A stretch of DNA of 60,805 bases, the filler included, from Sphacelaria rigidula (Eukaryota): assembly GCA_964200075.2 (NCBI GenBank). It is 8 parts of 8 records of this genome, joined end to end, with 100 filler letters (N's around TTAATTAATTAA, not from the genome) between each part and the next. Parts side by side here need not be neighbours in the genome. Positions count along the whole stretch, not along the records: positions 22,842 to 30,354 come from CAXNAA020014562.1; positions 30,455 to 37,967 come from CAXNAA020014563.1; positions 38,068 to 45,580 come from CAXNAA020014564.1; 5 more parts are not named here. One strand, written 5' to 3'. A program made the position numbers and the translations under genes. The notes beneath the pieces were generated by a model that saw only the letters and a program-made list of their open reading frames with translations, was not told where the DNA came from and searched no databases. Each line of letters opens with the position of its first letter. The stretch's first letter is position 1. Shown here in pieces: positions 25,951-39,001 of the stretch.

Positions 25951-26159
25951 TTCATGTTCGGGTGTTTTGAAACAACGTTCATGTTCGGAGGCACTCTACT
26001 CTGCAGAATTCGCACAGCTATACGGAAATCATGACTAGTAACGTTGAAAGCGCCCAAGATCAACGATCTGCGGCAATACACGACTCGCTCCCTGAAAAAA
26101 ACATTTCGCTAGTGACTAAGACCTCGAGAAAGAACACTCAAAATGATGTGGTGTTCATA

Positions 26160-26695
26160 CATCCTCTGTCCCATGAGTAAAGGTACCTAAATTTGTACAG
26201 GCCTTTTACGATGTCCGATCGTTGTTGTTCTTTTTAATGAACTCTACGGTGTTTTTGGGGTTGGGAAAAAGTGTTCAAAGTTTGCAGCTCGTGTTTGGAC
26301 CATGCTGCCGAACGGCTGCAAAAAAAGTAGTCGGCCCCAAAATGGCTGTTTTTCGCCCCTTTCCGAGGGGAGAAAGAGCGCGTTTTTTTTTTTTTAATCA
26401 CCCTCGCCTTCACTGGGGCTTGCTGCCAGGAAGACCCACGCGATTCAAAACAATTCAAGAAAACAAAAATCGACACTTTTTTTCCCCTCGGAAAGGGGCA
26501 AAAAACGGCCATTTTTTTGGGCCGACTACTTTTTTTGCAGCCGTTCGGCGGCATGGTTCAAGCACGAATTGCAAATTTTGAACACATTTTCTTCACCCGA
26601 AAACCACCGTAGAGTTCATTAAAAGAATAAAAACGATCGGACATCGTTAAGGGCCCATACAAATTCAGGTACCTTTACTTATGGGACAGAGGAAG
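26160..26695. mobile_element. Stowaway-like (Tc1/mariner) foldback MITE
   Basis: TA|CATCCTCTGTCCCAT ... ATGGGACAGAGGAAG|TA; about 220-nt inverted arms; TA target duplication. Confidence 0.88.
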
Positions 26696-29600
26696 TAGCA
26701 CTCCATAGTACCTCCATAGTACCAGGGTTTCCGAATCAGTACTCTCACGGCAACTCTCATGCTATCTCCAAGGGAGAAGTTGCGAAACGTGGCGGTGCCG
26801 GATTTTTGAATCTCCCGGCCATACGCGACATTGGACGTTGAAATTGAAACACTGCAAAGTCGAAGAGACGAAAGTTTGGCTGCTGAGACTTTGTGTTGAA
26901 GTGCCGAAAAATTGCCTCGGGTGTTTTTGTTTGCGACGCCTCCTAGGACCAGGGTTTTCGAACTAGCACCCTACCTCTTGAACCCTGACCCTGGCCACAA
27001 CCCCAAGGAACGTGTAAAACGCGATAGTTTCGGACTTTCAAAATCCAGTAATCCGCAACCCTTGCAGGATGGCATCCTTATCCGTGCACCTCGGACTCAC
27101 CATGGCTTGCTGAAAGGCGTGTGAAACTGACAGAGGTGAAGGTGAAATTTGGCGATGATGGGCCGGTACGTTCGCCCGAACTGCGTTGCACACCCTACGC
27201 CGTTTCACAAATTCCACCGCTCTGGAGTAAGACTCGAATGGGCAAACTGCTGTTCTGATACGTCCTTTTGCTACTAAAGTAGTAGTCGTGAATATGCAGG
27301 CTTACCGCTCTTCCAAGAAATGGCCTGAGTGCAGACCTTTTAGCTTCCGCGACCATTGAAGCTGTGGTTTACGCCTTAGTTGTAATCGTTCGTGTCGATC
27401 TGCCTGTTCATAATATAGTTAGAAACGGGCTCCACAGTGGTGCCCACGTGTACCGCGGTAGTCCGGCGAACTTCGAGAGTTGTTGAGGATGGTCAATGTG
27501 AGCCAGTATCTTAGTCTCCATTCCGTTCATGCTCCCAAGGGAACGTCGATTCCGTAGTAGAGCTATACGATTGAGGGTTGAAGACATTTTGTTAACACAG
27601 TGCATTGGTTTCCGCGGAACACAGTCCTTGACTCAGCAGCTGTGTAATTTCTATCTGAAGGATATCACGTTATACCATGCTATCACATTCTCGAAAAGTA
27701 TGACAGCGTTTGCCTGAAATTTCGCTGCTGTAGCAACATATGCTGTAGCGGGGGGGATATGCACCAACTCCAAGCTGACTTATGTTGTTGTCGAAAACCC
27801 GTGGAGATATGGCGTGGTTGTTCACGTCATCCTTGCGTATGACAATATGCTGGAAAGTCTCTCAGAGCACGATATAACATTACCTGTACTTCACACATGT
27901 AAACGGGTTCAAAGAATATGCTGCATGCGTGACAATTGGTGGAACGAGGGCATCTAACCCGACTTCCGAGCAGTAGGTTTTGCCGCGGATTCCCTCGTCG
28001 TTCCCTCTGTCACTTTTTCGTAAATTCCTTGAATAGGATAACGATGGTCAGAACAATAGACCACCGACATTTTTTGGCGGAAGCTAGACTGTTCAAGTTG
28101 TTGGGGTGAACATGTGCACTTGCGTAAGCTCTCAGGGCAAGGGGGAGGTGTTGGCCTGTGTACATGGTGGGCAGGCATTATAAAGCTGGTTCCGGGCAAG
28201 TGTGAGCATGTGTTTCCGCCAATACGCACAAAAATTGCACCCTTACCGGAAGTGTGCCGTAATATCATGCTGGCTTAGTGTAGTTCGATGTGTTGGTTAT
28301 AGATAGAGTGTTTTATTTGCACCCACTACGGAACTATAGGAGGGTAGGTGCAACATGAAAAACGGGGCACTTAAACTTTACATCCCATTCGTTGATGCCG
28401 TTTGTCCCACTGAACACCATGGGTGCACAACCGGCGTGTGAATGAAACAATTGCACCCTGTCGTACTATGCGATGGCACTGATGTAACAGGGATCATCTG
28501 CGATACAAACCCACACGCCTATGGTGCGCCATCGTCGTCGCATTTCCCATCGCCCTTTTCCTCGGGACGAGTCCGTAGTATATAGAGAGAAACCCGTCGC
28601 TTCCCGATCCCAGCTTTACATTTCGTATCGGAGGTGGAATGATGACCGCACCAACATTCACGCACCGCGTCGGCGGCTGTCGATCTGTCCTTTTCTACTC
28701 ATGTATCCGTGTTTTCAGGCCATTTGTAGTGCAATTGCAGTTCTTCCCACAGTCAAAAGATTATTCGAACACGTTCACACGGTGGTTTGCCCTTGTACAC
28801 TTGCTGAATCGGCCTCGCTCGCGTCAGGGCGGGTGAGGCATTGCTTGGAGGCCTATTTTCACGCACGGGATGCTACAATGTTCGGATCATTCTCGTTTTG
28901 GGGAGGCCTACGAGTAGCGTACCTCCAGAAGCCGTGGAATATTATTGAAAAAAGAACGCAAATGTACCCTCCGGCCGTGATGTCTGCCTTCGCTCATGCT
29001 GAAACAAACACACATCCCCTATTTATGAAATCTCATGTTTATTTCAAGGTGTCTTTCACATGCTTCAGAATCTCCCGTTAAGTCAGGATATTTACGAAAT
29101 CCGGATGAAATTGCTTCGGTTAGGATGAGCATTGGGAACTCCGATACATGGGAACCTTGATACATAATCGACAAGCATCGAAATACTCTCGAAAGAAACC
29201 TGCAAGTACGTTCCCCTGCCGTATGTGGCCCCGCTCATTTTCAGAAAGAATATCAGCGATGGTAATTCCGTGTAGTTTTTTAGCATTTCGACCTCCGTTC
29301 ACCCCTGTACGATGGTAGCGTTACAATTTTTCGCAATCCCCCGGTAGACTGGTATTTTACAAATCGCGGGAGCATTTTTGTTGAACGTGAGCAAGGCCAC
29401 AAGTCACGGGCGGAGGACGCATTTCCCTTTTTTTCCCCGAAAATATTGCGATGCTTATGGACTTTCCCAAGGATGATCCTGAACAAAAACATTGCACCCG
29501 AAATTTTCAGAAAATCTCGTGTTTGGCGTCCTCTCCGGCTTCCCCAGAGGTCCAGTTACAGAATTTACCGACATAATTTTTTCTATCACACTAGGACAGG

Positions 29601-30354
29601 GCTGCAGCGCGTTCTCTTGATCCAATCCCCGACGATGATTTTTTCACAGTTGACAAGTGTCCTCATGATATTTTACTGCAACTGGGCCTCCAGGGGAGCT
29701 TAAAAGTGCTCTATGAGAGATGGGCCTTGGTGCATGGCCCTACCCACACTGAGGCGAGCAATTTGGGTTGACGAGTCTTCTGTGTGATAAATTAGATCAA
29801 CGATGGAAACAAGATCATGCCAAGAAGAAGTTCTGCCAAATTATCCAAAAATGAAAATCTGCTACCAGATAATGTCCGACTCGTGAGCTCCACATGGTAC
29901 ATTGAGTCCCGCATCAGCTGAACCACCGGGGAGCAGTGGTGTCTATAGCCTCTGCCAGCGTTAACTGCCCCACCCTGACGTTATCAGACACCATGCACAT
30001 TAGTAGCATTCGAGCAAAAATTCCACACATGCATGCCAAGATCCCACTCAGCATACGAAAATTCGTACATCCATGCCAATATTTGACTCAGGACCTGCAA
30101 TGCAATCCGTGTTGCACAAACCATGCATCATGCATGCTATTCAGAGCAGCACACACACGCATACCAAATTCCACGCGTACACCGGCATTTTCCAGCGAAC
30201 GCAACACGAGCACACCCGCTCTACTGTCATGCTTCATGCGCGAACAGCAACACAAATATGACCCAGAAAGCACACTATAACAACCTTTAATAATCAGAAA
30301 ACGATTCGGAAATATCAGTCATCTTGTGTTTTCTCATGCTCAACAAGTACCCTT

Positions 30355-30454
30355 NNNNNNNNNNNNNNNNNNNNNNNNNNNNNNNNNNNNNNNNNNNNTT
30401 AATTAATTAANNNNNNNNNNNNNNNNNNNNNNNNNNNNNNNNNNNNNNNNNNNN
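30355..30454. other. Artificial contig linker
   Basis: N44-TTAATTAATTAA-N44. Confidence 0.99.
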
Positions 30455-32903
30455 CTCCGGGAGGTTGGTACGGGCCTCCCGGGGGTGACGCAAGTCGAAA
30501 ATATATGGTTGAGTGAGGCTGTTGTATCTCAATGTACAGTGATGATCGGGGCTGTACAAAACATGGCACGTGTTATCGGATGTCGTTCGGAAATATGGGA
30601 GTTCGGACGGAGGCCGACGGCGGAACCGCCGGCGTAGGACATGTGTGGTATTTCCGAGTTTCCAGAGTGCGAAGTAGCTCTCGTGCCACAAAGACATGAC
30701 AGCGGGAGGCACTCCCGAAAAATTGGAATGCGTGGAACATTCTCGGCATGTTCTTTGTACGTCACTGCGGCTTCCATATCACCGGGCCTTTTTTTAAAAC
30801 AGGATGATTGTTTTTTGCGGCAAAACATTCCTGTGCTGCCGTGGAGCTGTGCCTTTTTCAACTCGCCTACGGCTCATTGCATGGTCTTGTATTTGTTGGT
30901 GACTAAGGCCAAGGCAATGTTCAATTGTTTTCAACTGCTTTGCCCTCATGTTCTCGTGACATTGGCGGCATAACCGGTATGTTGGTGCTCCCAAATGAAC
31001 GAGAACGCGAAGGGAGAAACACGTCAAAAAAATACCCCACCAACAGCAATCCTGTTCGAAGATTTCCATGATCTTCAACAGGCTTTTTTTGTGGTAGGGG
31101 TTCATGCTTCAAGTTTTCCATTATCTTGAAAAGGCTTTTGTGGTTCGGGATCGACACCCCGCGAAAAAGGGACAGTTTGAGCGACTTTCGGTGGCCAGAA
31201 CACGCGCCACAGGTATCAGGTGACACCTTTACCTGAACGGTAATGCACCGCGGAGCCTTCTCAGTGCGCTGCAAAAGAAATCGCGGGGAGAAACGCCTTG
31301 CCGACAAAAGTGGTTGAAGACATGATACATGCACATATATACAGATACATTAGTATACTCCGGAGTATATAATTTTGGCTGAAGGGCTGGAGCTTATTTC
31401 GAGGTCGCGCTCTCAATTCCTGCACAACGTACTCGTCGGAAGCGGTACAATGTGGCGTCTCCACGCTTGAGACACTAAGCCCTCACCAAATATATCTTGT
31501 CTGGGTAGTAGAGTGGGTCTGAATACAAGTACCCGCACTGCTGAAGGCTCACCGTCAGGTACATCCCACGACATATATTTTTTCTATGGCGTGGCAGCCG
31601 TAGTGCATGAGGAAACCAAGGATGGATCTTTCATCTTCCATTAGATGTACACGTACCCCGCAGCCTGCAGGACCTCAGTAGTATATTCACTGGTCGGGTA
31701 TTTTTCGACGAATCAGACTTACCTCAACTTCCGTCACTAGATCTCGTTCGAAAACGGGACATATCGATCCGAACGGTCCGAGGGGTGAAGAGGCAATTGG
31801 CTTTCGGTTGATGCGTACTGTCAGGGCATGTCAGAGACGAAAGTAGGTAAATCATACACTGCCCTTGATATATGTATACTGCTGCTTTAGGTTTCGTGTG
31901 TTGTTGTTGGGTGCCACATGTCGCGGATGAATCCCGGGTGAGGCACTGAAAAAGGTGGAAAAGTTAAGTAGTGCGTTGGTTGAGTTAAACACTGGACGTG
32001 GGTCGGTGGTAAAAGGATCTCGTAATATATGACATGTCTCGGGATGTCACGGGATATACGACATGTTAGTCGTTAGGGGTGGTACTTGCAGATGGAGAGG
32101 AGCTGCTCAGCTGTAGAGTCGGATCTATGTATCGGCCTTAAAGGACAGCCGATCATACTGTTCGCTCCGAATAGAGGTCTGGCAGTTGAAGGGTTAGAGG
32201 ATGGAATTGAGAGGTGCCGAATAGCGGCGACTACTCGTGCTAGGATAGTGTCACGGACAAGTCTGCAAGCGATTGATATGGATTACGTTTGAGGGTGCAC
32301 CTTTGCGACGAACAATCAGCCGAAGGTGAAGCAGATTGTGCACGTTCTCGCGGTCTCCTCACCCGAAGCCATGCGGCAGGGACCTCAGGGGGAGTAAATT
32401 TCGGGACTGGTACTCTATCTCAGCCTAGCGTTTCCATTTCCCTTCCTCTCCTCTCCTTGCCTTGTCTTGCATTTCTCTTATTTTATTTATATTATCTGTT
32501 CTTTTTCTAATATCTTTTCCTTTTCACATATCTTTTTTTCTCGAGTTTCCCCATCCAGAGTTCAGATCGGGTAGGCGTCTGTCTAATGACCATGGTATGC
32601 GGCAATCAGTGGATCAGTAGATCAATCTCACGCCACGACGAGGACATGTGGTCACACATACCTCATGAGGTACGCACACTATCGTTGTACCCTGCACCTC
32701 GTAAAAATAGGATCTGGATCTCGTTCAGCCTATATGTACCCTGCATGGCGTACGTAGACCTCGTGGAAGAGCATAGCCTATATGTAATGTACCATGTGTG
32801 GCCCGTACTGGGGTCGAGTATGAACCTGTACCTCGGATGATCTGTACCCACGCGAAGTATGACGTATACCTCGTGTGACCTGTATCTCGTACGGCCTACG
32901 CAG

Positions 32904-33726
32904 GTGATGCGATTGTTGCGTTCACTCGCAAAGACCTCTTCATGATCAAGGCGCAAATAGAAAGCAGGACCAAGCACAAGTGCAGCGTGGTGTATGGTCA
33001 ACTGCCACAGGAGACTCGTGCTCATCAGGTAGAGGCTAACGGACACTTACTCTATTTCTAGTTTTATCTCAATTTTCTCGCTGATCTATTTATTTTATTT
33101 TCTATTATTTCATCATGTAACTTTTATCTTCATTTTTTTTCCTTCGTTATGTCACTGAAATGTCGGTGATCGTTATGCGCGTGCGTGGTTGCGAAACCAC
33201 ATATAGCGCTGTGCAAGATTTATCATTCCCTGCAGCGGAGGGAGCTGTGTTGAAATTCTGGAAACGCAATATTTGAATGTATTGAAGCAGAAGGCAATTC
33301 GAACATGAGTCTGCTCTTCCGTTCGCAGTTAATGACCGTCCATTTTCGCTGAGGGATCTTGTGTTGCATTTTTTTTGTTCAGTACCCCTCATTGCTCCGT
33401 CTCAAAAGGGATGCGTGGTCAATAATCGAACGACTAAGGTAACCAACAAATTAGTACGCCCCCCCCCTCCCCGTCCTCCCGATGAACATTTTTTTTTTTC
33501 CGTTGATCGACATGTGCAGTTGTCAGTTTTCGTAGAAAACGACTGTAATAAGCGCTTCTCATCAGGGGTACTCTGTATACATCATTCGCTGAGACGCGTT
33601 GATGTCTCTCCCATTCTGTTTGTCCTCATACCACCAGGCTCGACTGTTTAACACAAAGGGCACCGGGTACGACGTGCTAGTGGCTAGCGATGCCATCGGG
33701 ATGGGTCTCAACCTCAATATACGCAG
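32904..33726 (+). CDS. SUV3: Mitochondrial ATP-dependent RNA helicase SUV3, two internal exons (32904-33028, 33638-33726)
   Basis: [80 protein letters not shown] is the SUV3 signature; GT-AG sites in frame. Confidence 0.93.
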
Positions 33727-33879
33727 GTATGGTGTTACTCTTGTGTCTTTGCTGTGCTTCCAACCTCCCTGTTATAAGAGTTATAAGAGTATAGGATCCG
33801 CCCCTCCCCCCTGTATATTGATGGATGATTCACCGATTAATTGATTGTCAATATATCTACTGTACAAAAGGAGAAAACG

Positions 33880-34150
33880 AAGCTATAGTAGGAGATAGAT
33901 GGTGGCCACAGATGGCAAAACAGAAAGAGGACAACATGTGTGTAAGATTGTTGTGCAATGTGAGGAAGAACTGTAATGAGGACCCGAATGTTGGACGTGC
34001 CTCCACTACGAGTAGGAGCGGTGTTCCGTCTCGAAAGGGGTGCGTAGTCAATGGTCAAGTCAAATGACCAAGGCAAGCAACAAATCGGGACGCCCCCTCC
34101 TCTATGCTCCGTCTCGAAAAGGATGCGTGGCCAGTGGTCAAACGACTAAG
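33880..34150 (+). mobile_element. LINE 3'-end fragment in a SUV3 intron
   Basis: AIVGDRWWPQ... followed by CCGTCTCGAAAGGG twice; same family as 6757 and 33392. Confidence 0.65.
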
Positions 34151-35633
34151 AACCATGTTTTCGTGAGATTGAGAGTAGAGGATCGATTGAGAGTGGGTTA
34201 TATTTTGTCATCCCCTTTATCTTGACCAATTTTTCATCATGTGTGTGCTTTTCTTCGCCTGTAACACTGGCGTGTGCTTACAGCTACACGTCGATATCCC
34301 ACTCGGGGATATCAAGGGCTTCAGTGGCAACCTACTACAGAAAGCGTATCGGGCCTCGTGGAGGGGCATTTCGGAACTCAAACTATTCATTCATTGATTG
34401 ACCGCTTCTCACTCCCGATCGTATCCTCTAATCTCAATCTCACGAAAAGATTGATTAATGCAAGCACCACATGAGTACGCCCCGCCCCCCTCCTCCCTCC
34501 TCCATCGTTATGGGTAGACAAGAGGATACAGGAGCAAATGACTATCGGTGTCGGCAAGAGTATGTGCCATTTTCAGGGTATGCCGGGTATAATCTGCTGG
34601 AAACGCCCAGTATTCCAGGATTCACGGCCAGAAGTACTCACTACCCAGGTACGCATTGCCGGAAGTACTGGTATATCGCAGGGTACCTCGGGCACCCGTC
34701 CTCTGAAACACCGGGGTAGATGCCCGGAGTATTAAGTTAATGTACTGAGTACTCCGGGTACCCAGTATCTACTGCCCCAAAATTCTCAGCAGGTGGCCAG
34801 GGTGTAAAGTATTGAAAATACTCACTATTGTAGCGTACCCAGGGTACAGGCTAGTTCCAGCTCATCACCCAAAATTAATCAATCAGCAAATATCTTTCGC
34901 AGTACCTTCTCGATAGTCGCATGAACGGTACCATACTGACCGCCATCGAGAACTGAAGAGGGTGACCTAGCCGCGTTTTTGTTCAAGGCCATAAGGGTGG
35001 CGCTACGGGCGAAAAGGCACCGTGACCATATCTCGGCCTTCGAACCGTTCTGAACTTAGAAATACGAGTTCCCAACGCTATTTGTACCCAATCTCCACAT
35101 GCTTTCAAATCATTGTAGCCGCCATCAACCCGAAAGTCTAACGGGGTAAAACATATTCGAAAACGGTTGCTATGGGATCGAATTATACCCCAGACCGTGG
35201 CATTTTGGTCATGTAGGGTTGTTCGGTCGTCGGATTTCCACCGATGATCTTCACCAACAACCCAGTAACGCTCCTCACGGTTTCACCTATATATGTCCTA
35301 GAAAAGCTCAGATCGCACTCAAACTTGGCAGTTCGGTAGATACTGATGTTCCACATGGACACATGCATTTGTGTAAAATTATTACGAAGTTTCGGGAGCC
35401 CCAGCGTGGAGATCCCCGGGAGCCAGTACAGATTTCCTCAAAGTCAATCATAAAAAATGTTCTCATCCCGGGGTAGTCCGAGAAACATTTCTACGATTTT
35501 TGGTTCTAAAAGCCGATAAATTGATGCTAGGGGGTTGTTCAACGTCTCACATACCCGAAAAGTCGTTTCTGTGGTGAAACCGAGTATATCGGAATGCGTA
35601 CGTTTCGAGCTTACTTCATCGCATATTGGCGCA

Positions 35634-35909
35634 AATGCTCCCGCCGACTCTTGGAGTTAGACTGGAATTTGTACACATATATTATGGGAGGACGTTATGA
35701 ATCTTTCGAAGGGCGGCGTTTTTGTTACATGTTTTCGCTGGTTATCGGGGGTCCCAGGTGGGCATGTGATGCCTAATATCAACGACGACCCTGGAACCCT
35801 CGATAATTTGCGGGAAAATAAAAAAGGCCGTTCTTCGAAAGTTTCGTGATGACCCGTAGTAAACGTGTGCAAAATTTCAGAGTCTAACTCCAAGAATCGG
35901 CGTGAGCAT
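35634..35909. repeat. Imperfect inverted repeat or MITE-like element
   Basis: CGCCGACTCTTGGAGTTAGACT ... AGTCTAACTCCAAGAATCGGCG, arms about 85 nt. Confidence 0.7.
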
Positions 35910-36773
35910 TACGTAGCAAATGAGTGAATTTTGGCACATGAGCGTTTATTATTATCAAATACCCGCCTTTATACCCTACGCTACCCTAACCGCCTCTGCA
36001 GTATTTAGAAAATTCGATGGCCATTGAACAGGGCGTCAATTTTTTTCTGCTGCATACTGGAAGATAATCTAAGGAATGATGAGGAGATGATGAATGATCT
36101 GCAAAAAGCAACAGGCGTTCGATCGATCGGCAAGACTGTGGTGTGTCACGACTGTGTCCTCAGTGTGCTTGCAGATCTATCAAACGGTGAAGTTGGGTAG
36201 AAAATGACAGCAGGCAGCTGTGCTAATTTTCGATGGGTTTTCGTTTTCCAAATAAATTGGAAACGGAAGTTTGCGTCGCCATGGAGGAGGAGTGATGCAA
36301 TATTTTCCCCAAGAAAAAGGGCAAATGGGAAAAACTTGTGCACAGGCAAAGAGGCATGGAAAACGTGCAAAAATGGGAATATGAGGGCTCTGTTTTTCAT
36401 CGCCTAGGACGGGCCTAATCAGACGATGGAGTTAGTTGGCTTGGAGATGAAAGCAACACAAGAGCGCCCGCGAGCAAATTGTACAGTACGCTGGAGTCGA
36501 TCGGTGGCACAAAAGTAAGGCAGGTGCTTCTCATGCCGGTTATGTGACGGGGATATCGCGGATTTGTATTGAAGTGTCTTTTGTCCTTATTTTTAGATAT
36601 TTTTGGAATAATTTCTGTCACCGTACGCAGGTGAACTAAAATTTATCCAGCGGTGCTGGCCTAAAAAGAAGAAAAAACTGCTTGAACTATCACAAGGCGA
36701 AAAACGGAAGGAAGACGTGAGAAATGGAAAACAGGATAAGTTGTTACGTTGTCCGTGCAATAAATGCGGTACT

Positions 36774-36779
36774 AAAAAA
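36774..36779 (-). terminator. RNA Pol III T6 terminator of tRNA-Asn
   Basis: TTTTTT 5 nt downstream of the discriminator on the minus strand; a TATA-like element lies ~35 nt upstream (36891-36897). Confidence 0.75.
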
Positions 36780-36784
36780 GAAAT

Positions 36785-36856
36785 CGGTTCCGGAGGGCAT
36801 CGAACCCTCGGCCTTGTGATTAACAGTCACACGCTCTGCCACTGAGCTACGGAACC
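36785..36856 (-). tRNA. tRNA-Asn (GTT)
   Basis: GGTTCCG TA GCTCAGTGGCAGAGC G TGTGA CTGTTAA TCACA AGGCC GAGGG TTCGATG CCCTC CGGAACC G: all four stems pair, 72 nt, discriminator G. Confidence 0.96.
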
Positions 36857-36938
36857 ACGTGACTGAACATGCAAGGGAAATCAGGACTTGTATATAACTT
36901 CCGTCATGTTTTTTCATGAACATATCAATAGTGACTGT

Positions 36939-37277
36939 ACATGTTCAGAACGCCCCATATAGTCAGAGCGCCGACGTATGTCAAGGAAGACCAGGGACCT
37001 TGGATATCTGGTATAAAGCATCAAAACGGTAAAAACACGGTTAGATGCCTTGTGGCTGTTAAAAATGCACCGCAACGCGCTTGATGTATAATTCCCATCA
37101 TATAGTTCACGTACGATAGTTGACGTGTATGTTCAGAACGCCCCGTGCAGTCAGAACGCCCCGTGTGGTCAGAACGTCCATGCATGTCAAAGGAGACGAG
37201 GGACGTTGAATATTTGGAGACAATGCATCAGAACGATAACAGCACGATCAGATGCCCCGTGGTCGTTTTAAGCACGC
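36939..37277 (+). repeat. Diverged ~190-bp direct repeat pair
   Basis: ATGTTCAGAACGCCCC at about 36941 and 37129, with homologous continuation. Confidence 0.7.
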
Positions 37278-37967
37278 CGTGGCACACCGAAGGAGCGTCA
37301 GCACATCGACTCAGACCGCCCCCCTAAGTGTAAAAATTAGATTCGTTGTCGAATCACTCAGTGAGCTTGGGAGTATTTGACGCCTGGGCATGCCGCAGGG
37401 TACTTTTGAGTTCTTCAATTTTCCAAATATTCGTGTTTTGGCTTCTCCTTCCTCTGCACCAACATCGCTTACCTTGCTACATTAAAAAAAAATGAAAAGT
37501 GAAACGTTTTATTTCCCCATGCATGTTTGAAGGTCCTTGTTCCCTGGGGAAACCCTACGGCTTCGGTCTGTAATTTGGGGCGGGCGATGCTCATATTCGT
37601 AGTGTCTTGATCGCGATTGATGTCATCAGCATATACACTAGTAAGGAAGCAAATCTTGAAACCCTGTTGGAACTCCAAGGTATTTATAGATTGACGATTG
37701 CGGATTGAAAATCCATGCAAGTATGATTCATATGTTGATAATTTGTATCGGATACGTTCGCCAAAATGAAGTATGTTCAGACCTGCACGCGCCCGTGGGA
37801 GGTTCGGAAATGTTTGGCAAGGTTGATCACTTCGCTGTCTCTCGTACGTGTACACGACTACAAAACATCAGTACAGACAGATGCTGGACAACACGAAATA
37901 GTTGGTGGGGGGGAGGGGGGTACTCATTTGTTGCTTGCCTTAGTCGTTTGACCGTTGACCATGCATC

Positions 37968-38067
37968 NNNNNNNNNNNNNNNNNNNNNNNNNNNNNNNNN
38001 NNNNNNNNNNNTTAATTAATTAANNNNNNNNNNNNNNNNNNNNNNNNNNNNNNNNNNNNNNNNNNNN
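37968..38067. other. Artificial contig linker
   Basis: N44-TTAATTAATTAA-N44. Confidence 0.99.
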
Positions 38068-38583
38068 CTAACTCTCCTCCCCTACCTCAAAAACCAACAC
38101 CCAAAAACAAAAAACAACGCCCACCCCCCCCCCCCCCCCCCCCCCCCCCCCGCCGCCTCCCCCCGCCTCCCCCAGAATAGCGGGTGGTTCGAGGTGGAAA
38201 AATCTACATATGAATCAAAATGACAGGGGCTGAGCACACCGAGCAGCTGGGGATACCCACGTTTGGGATCGTTTTCGCCCATCTCGGCCATATCAGGCGC
38301 TTCATGTAGTCCGAACCAGCTGCCGTGCCATCTATGGTCTCTTTCTTCGTGGGAGTATAGGGGCTAGTTCCGAGGGGGCTATCACAGCACTACGCAGTAG
38401 TGGAACTAAGCAAGGTCCAAATCATAGTCTCCAGGGGGAGGACGTTGATGCAGTTGCAGCAGGGTCAATGTGAGAGGCTGATGCGCCCCCCCCCCCCCCG
38501 CCCCCCCCCCCCCCCCCCAACAGCCCGCGGGCCCCAACGGGGGCCGGCGGGGTGGTCCCCCCCACTGTCGACTACCTAAAATT

Positions 38584-38832
38584 CAAGGGTCGAACGAATT
38601 GATGATTCGTCTGGACATTAGTTGATTTTAGGGTAATTGACGTGTACCGTACGGATCAATCCTTAAGCTTTGTTTTCAGCGTTGCAAGCCAGGTACGCGT
38701 ATTCGAGGCACGTGGAATGGCGCAAAAGTTTCGTGGAGACCTGCGGTCGACTTTTTTCTCTCTTCCGAGCAATCAGGCCTAATAAATCGTGGATTTGGTT
38801 ACTCGAACCTGCGATGGTTCGTCTGAATCGTG
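38584..38832. mobile_element. hAT-type MITE, copy 2
   Basis: Homologous to 19010-19267; perfect 8-bp TSD CTAAAATT at 38576-38583 and 38833-38840. Confidence 0.88.
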
Positions 38833-39001
38833 CTAAAATTACACACCAAGTGCCCATACGAAGCCATAACAAGAAAAGTCAACATGTAGTTCGTGCATTA
38901 TTGTAAGCTAACTTCAAAGTACCATCTTATCGGCAGTGAATTTAGCACAGGAGTTTACTCCAAGTCATTCAACGATAGAGGCGGGGGTGACGAAAATGCG
39001 C

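Noticed and set aside
35990..36027. AVFRKFDGH as the next SUV3 exon
   Set aside because: Immediately followed by TGA, no phase-compatible acceptor and no QIAGRAGR downstream
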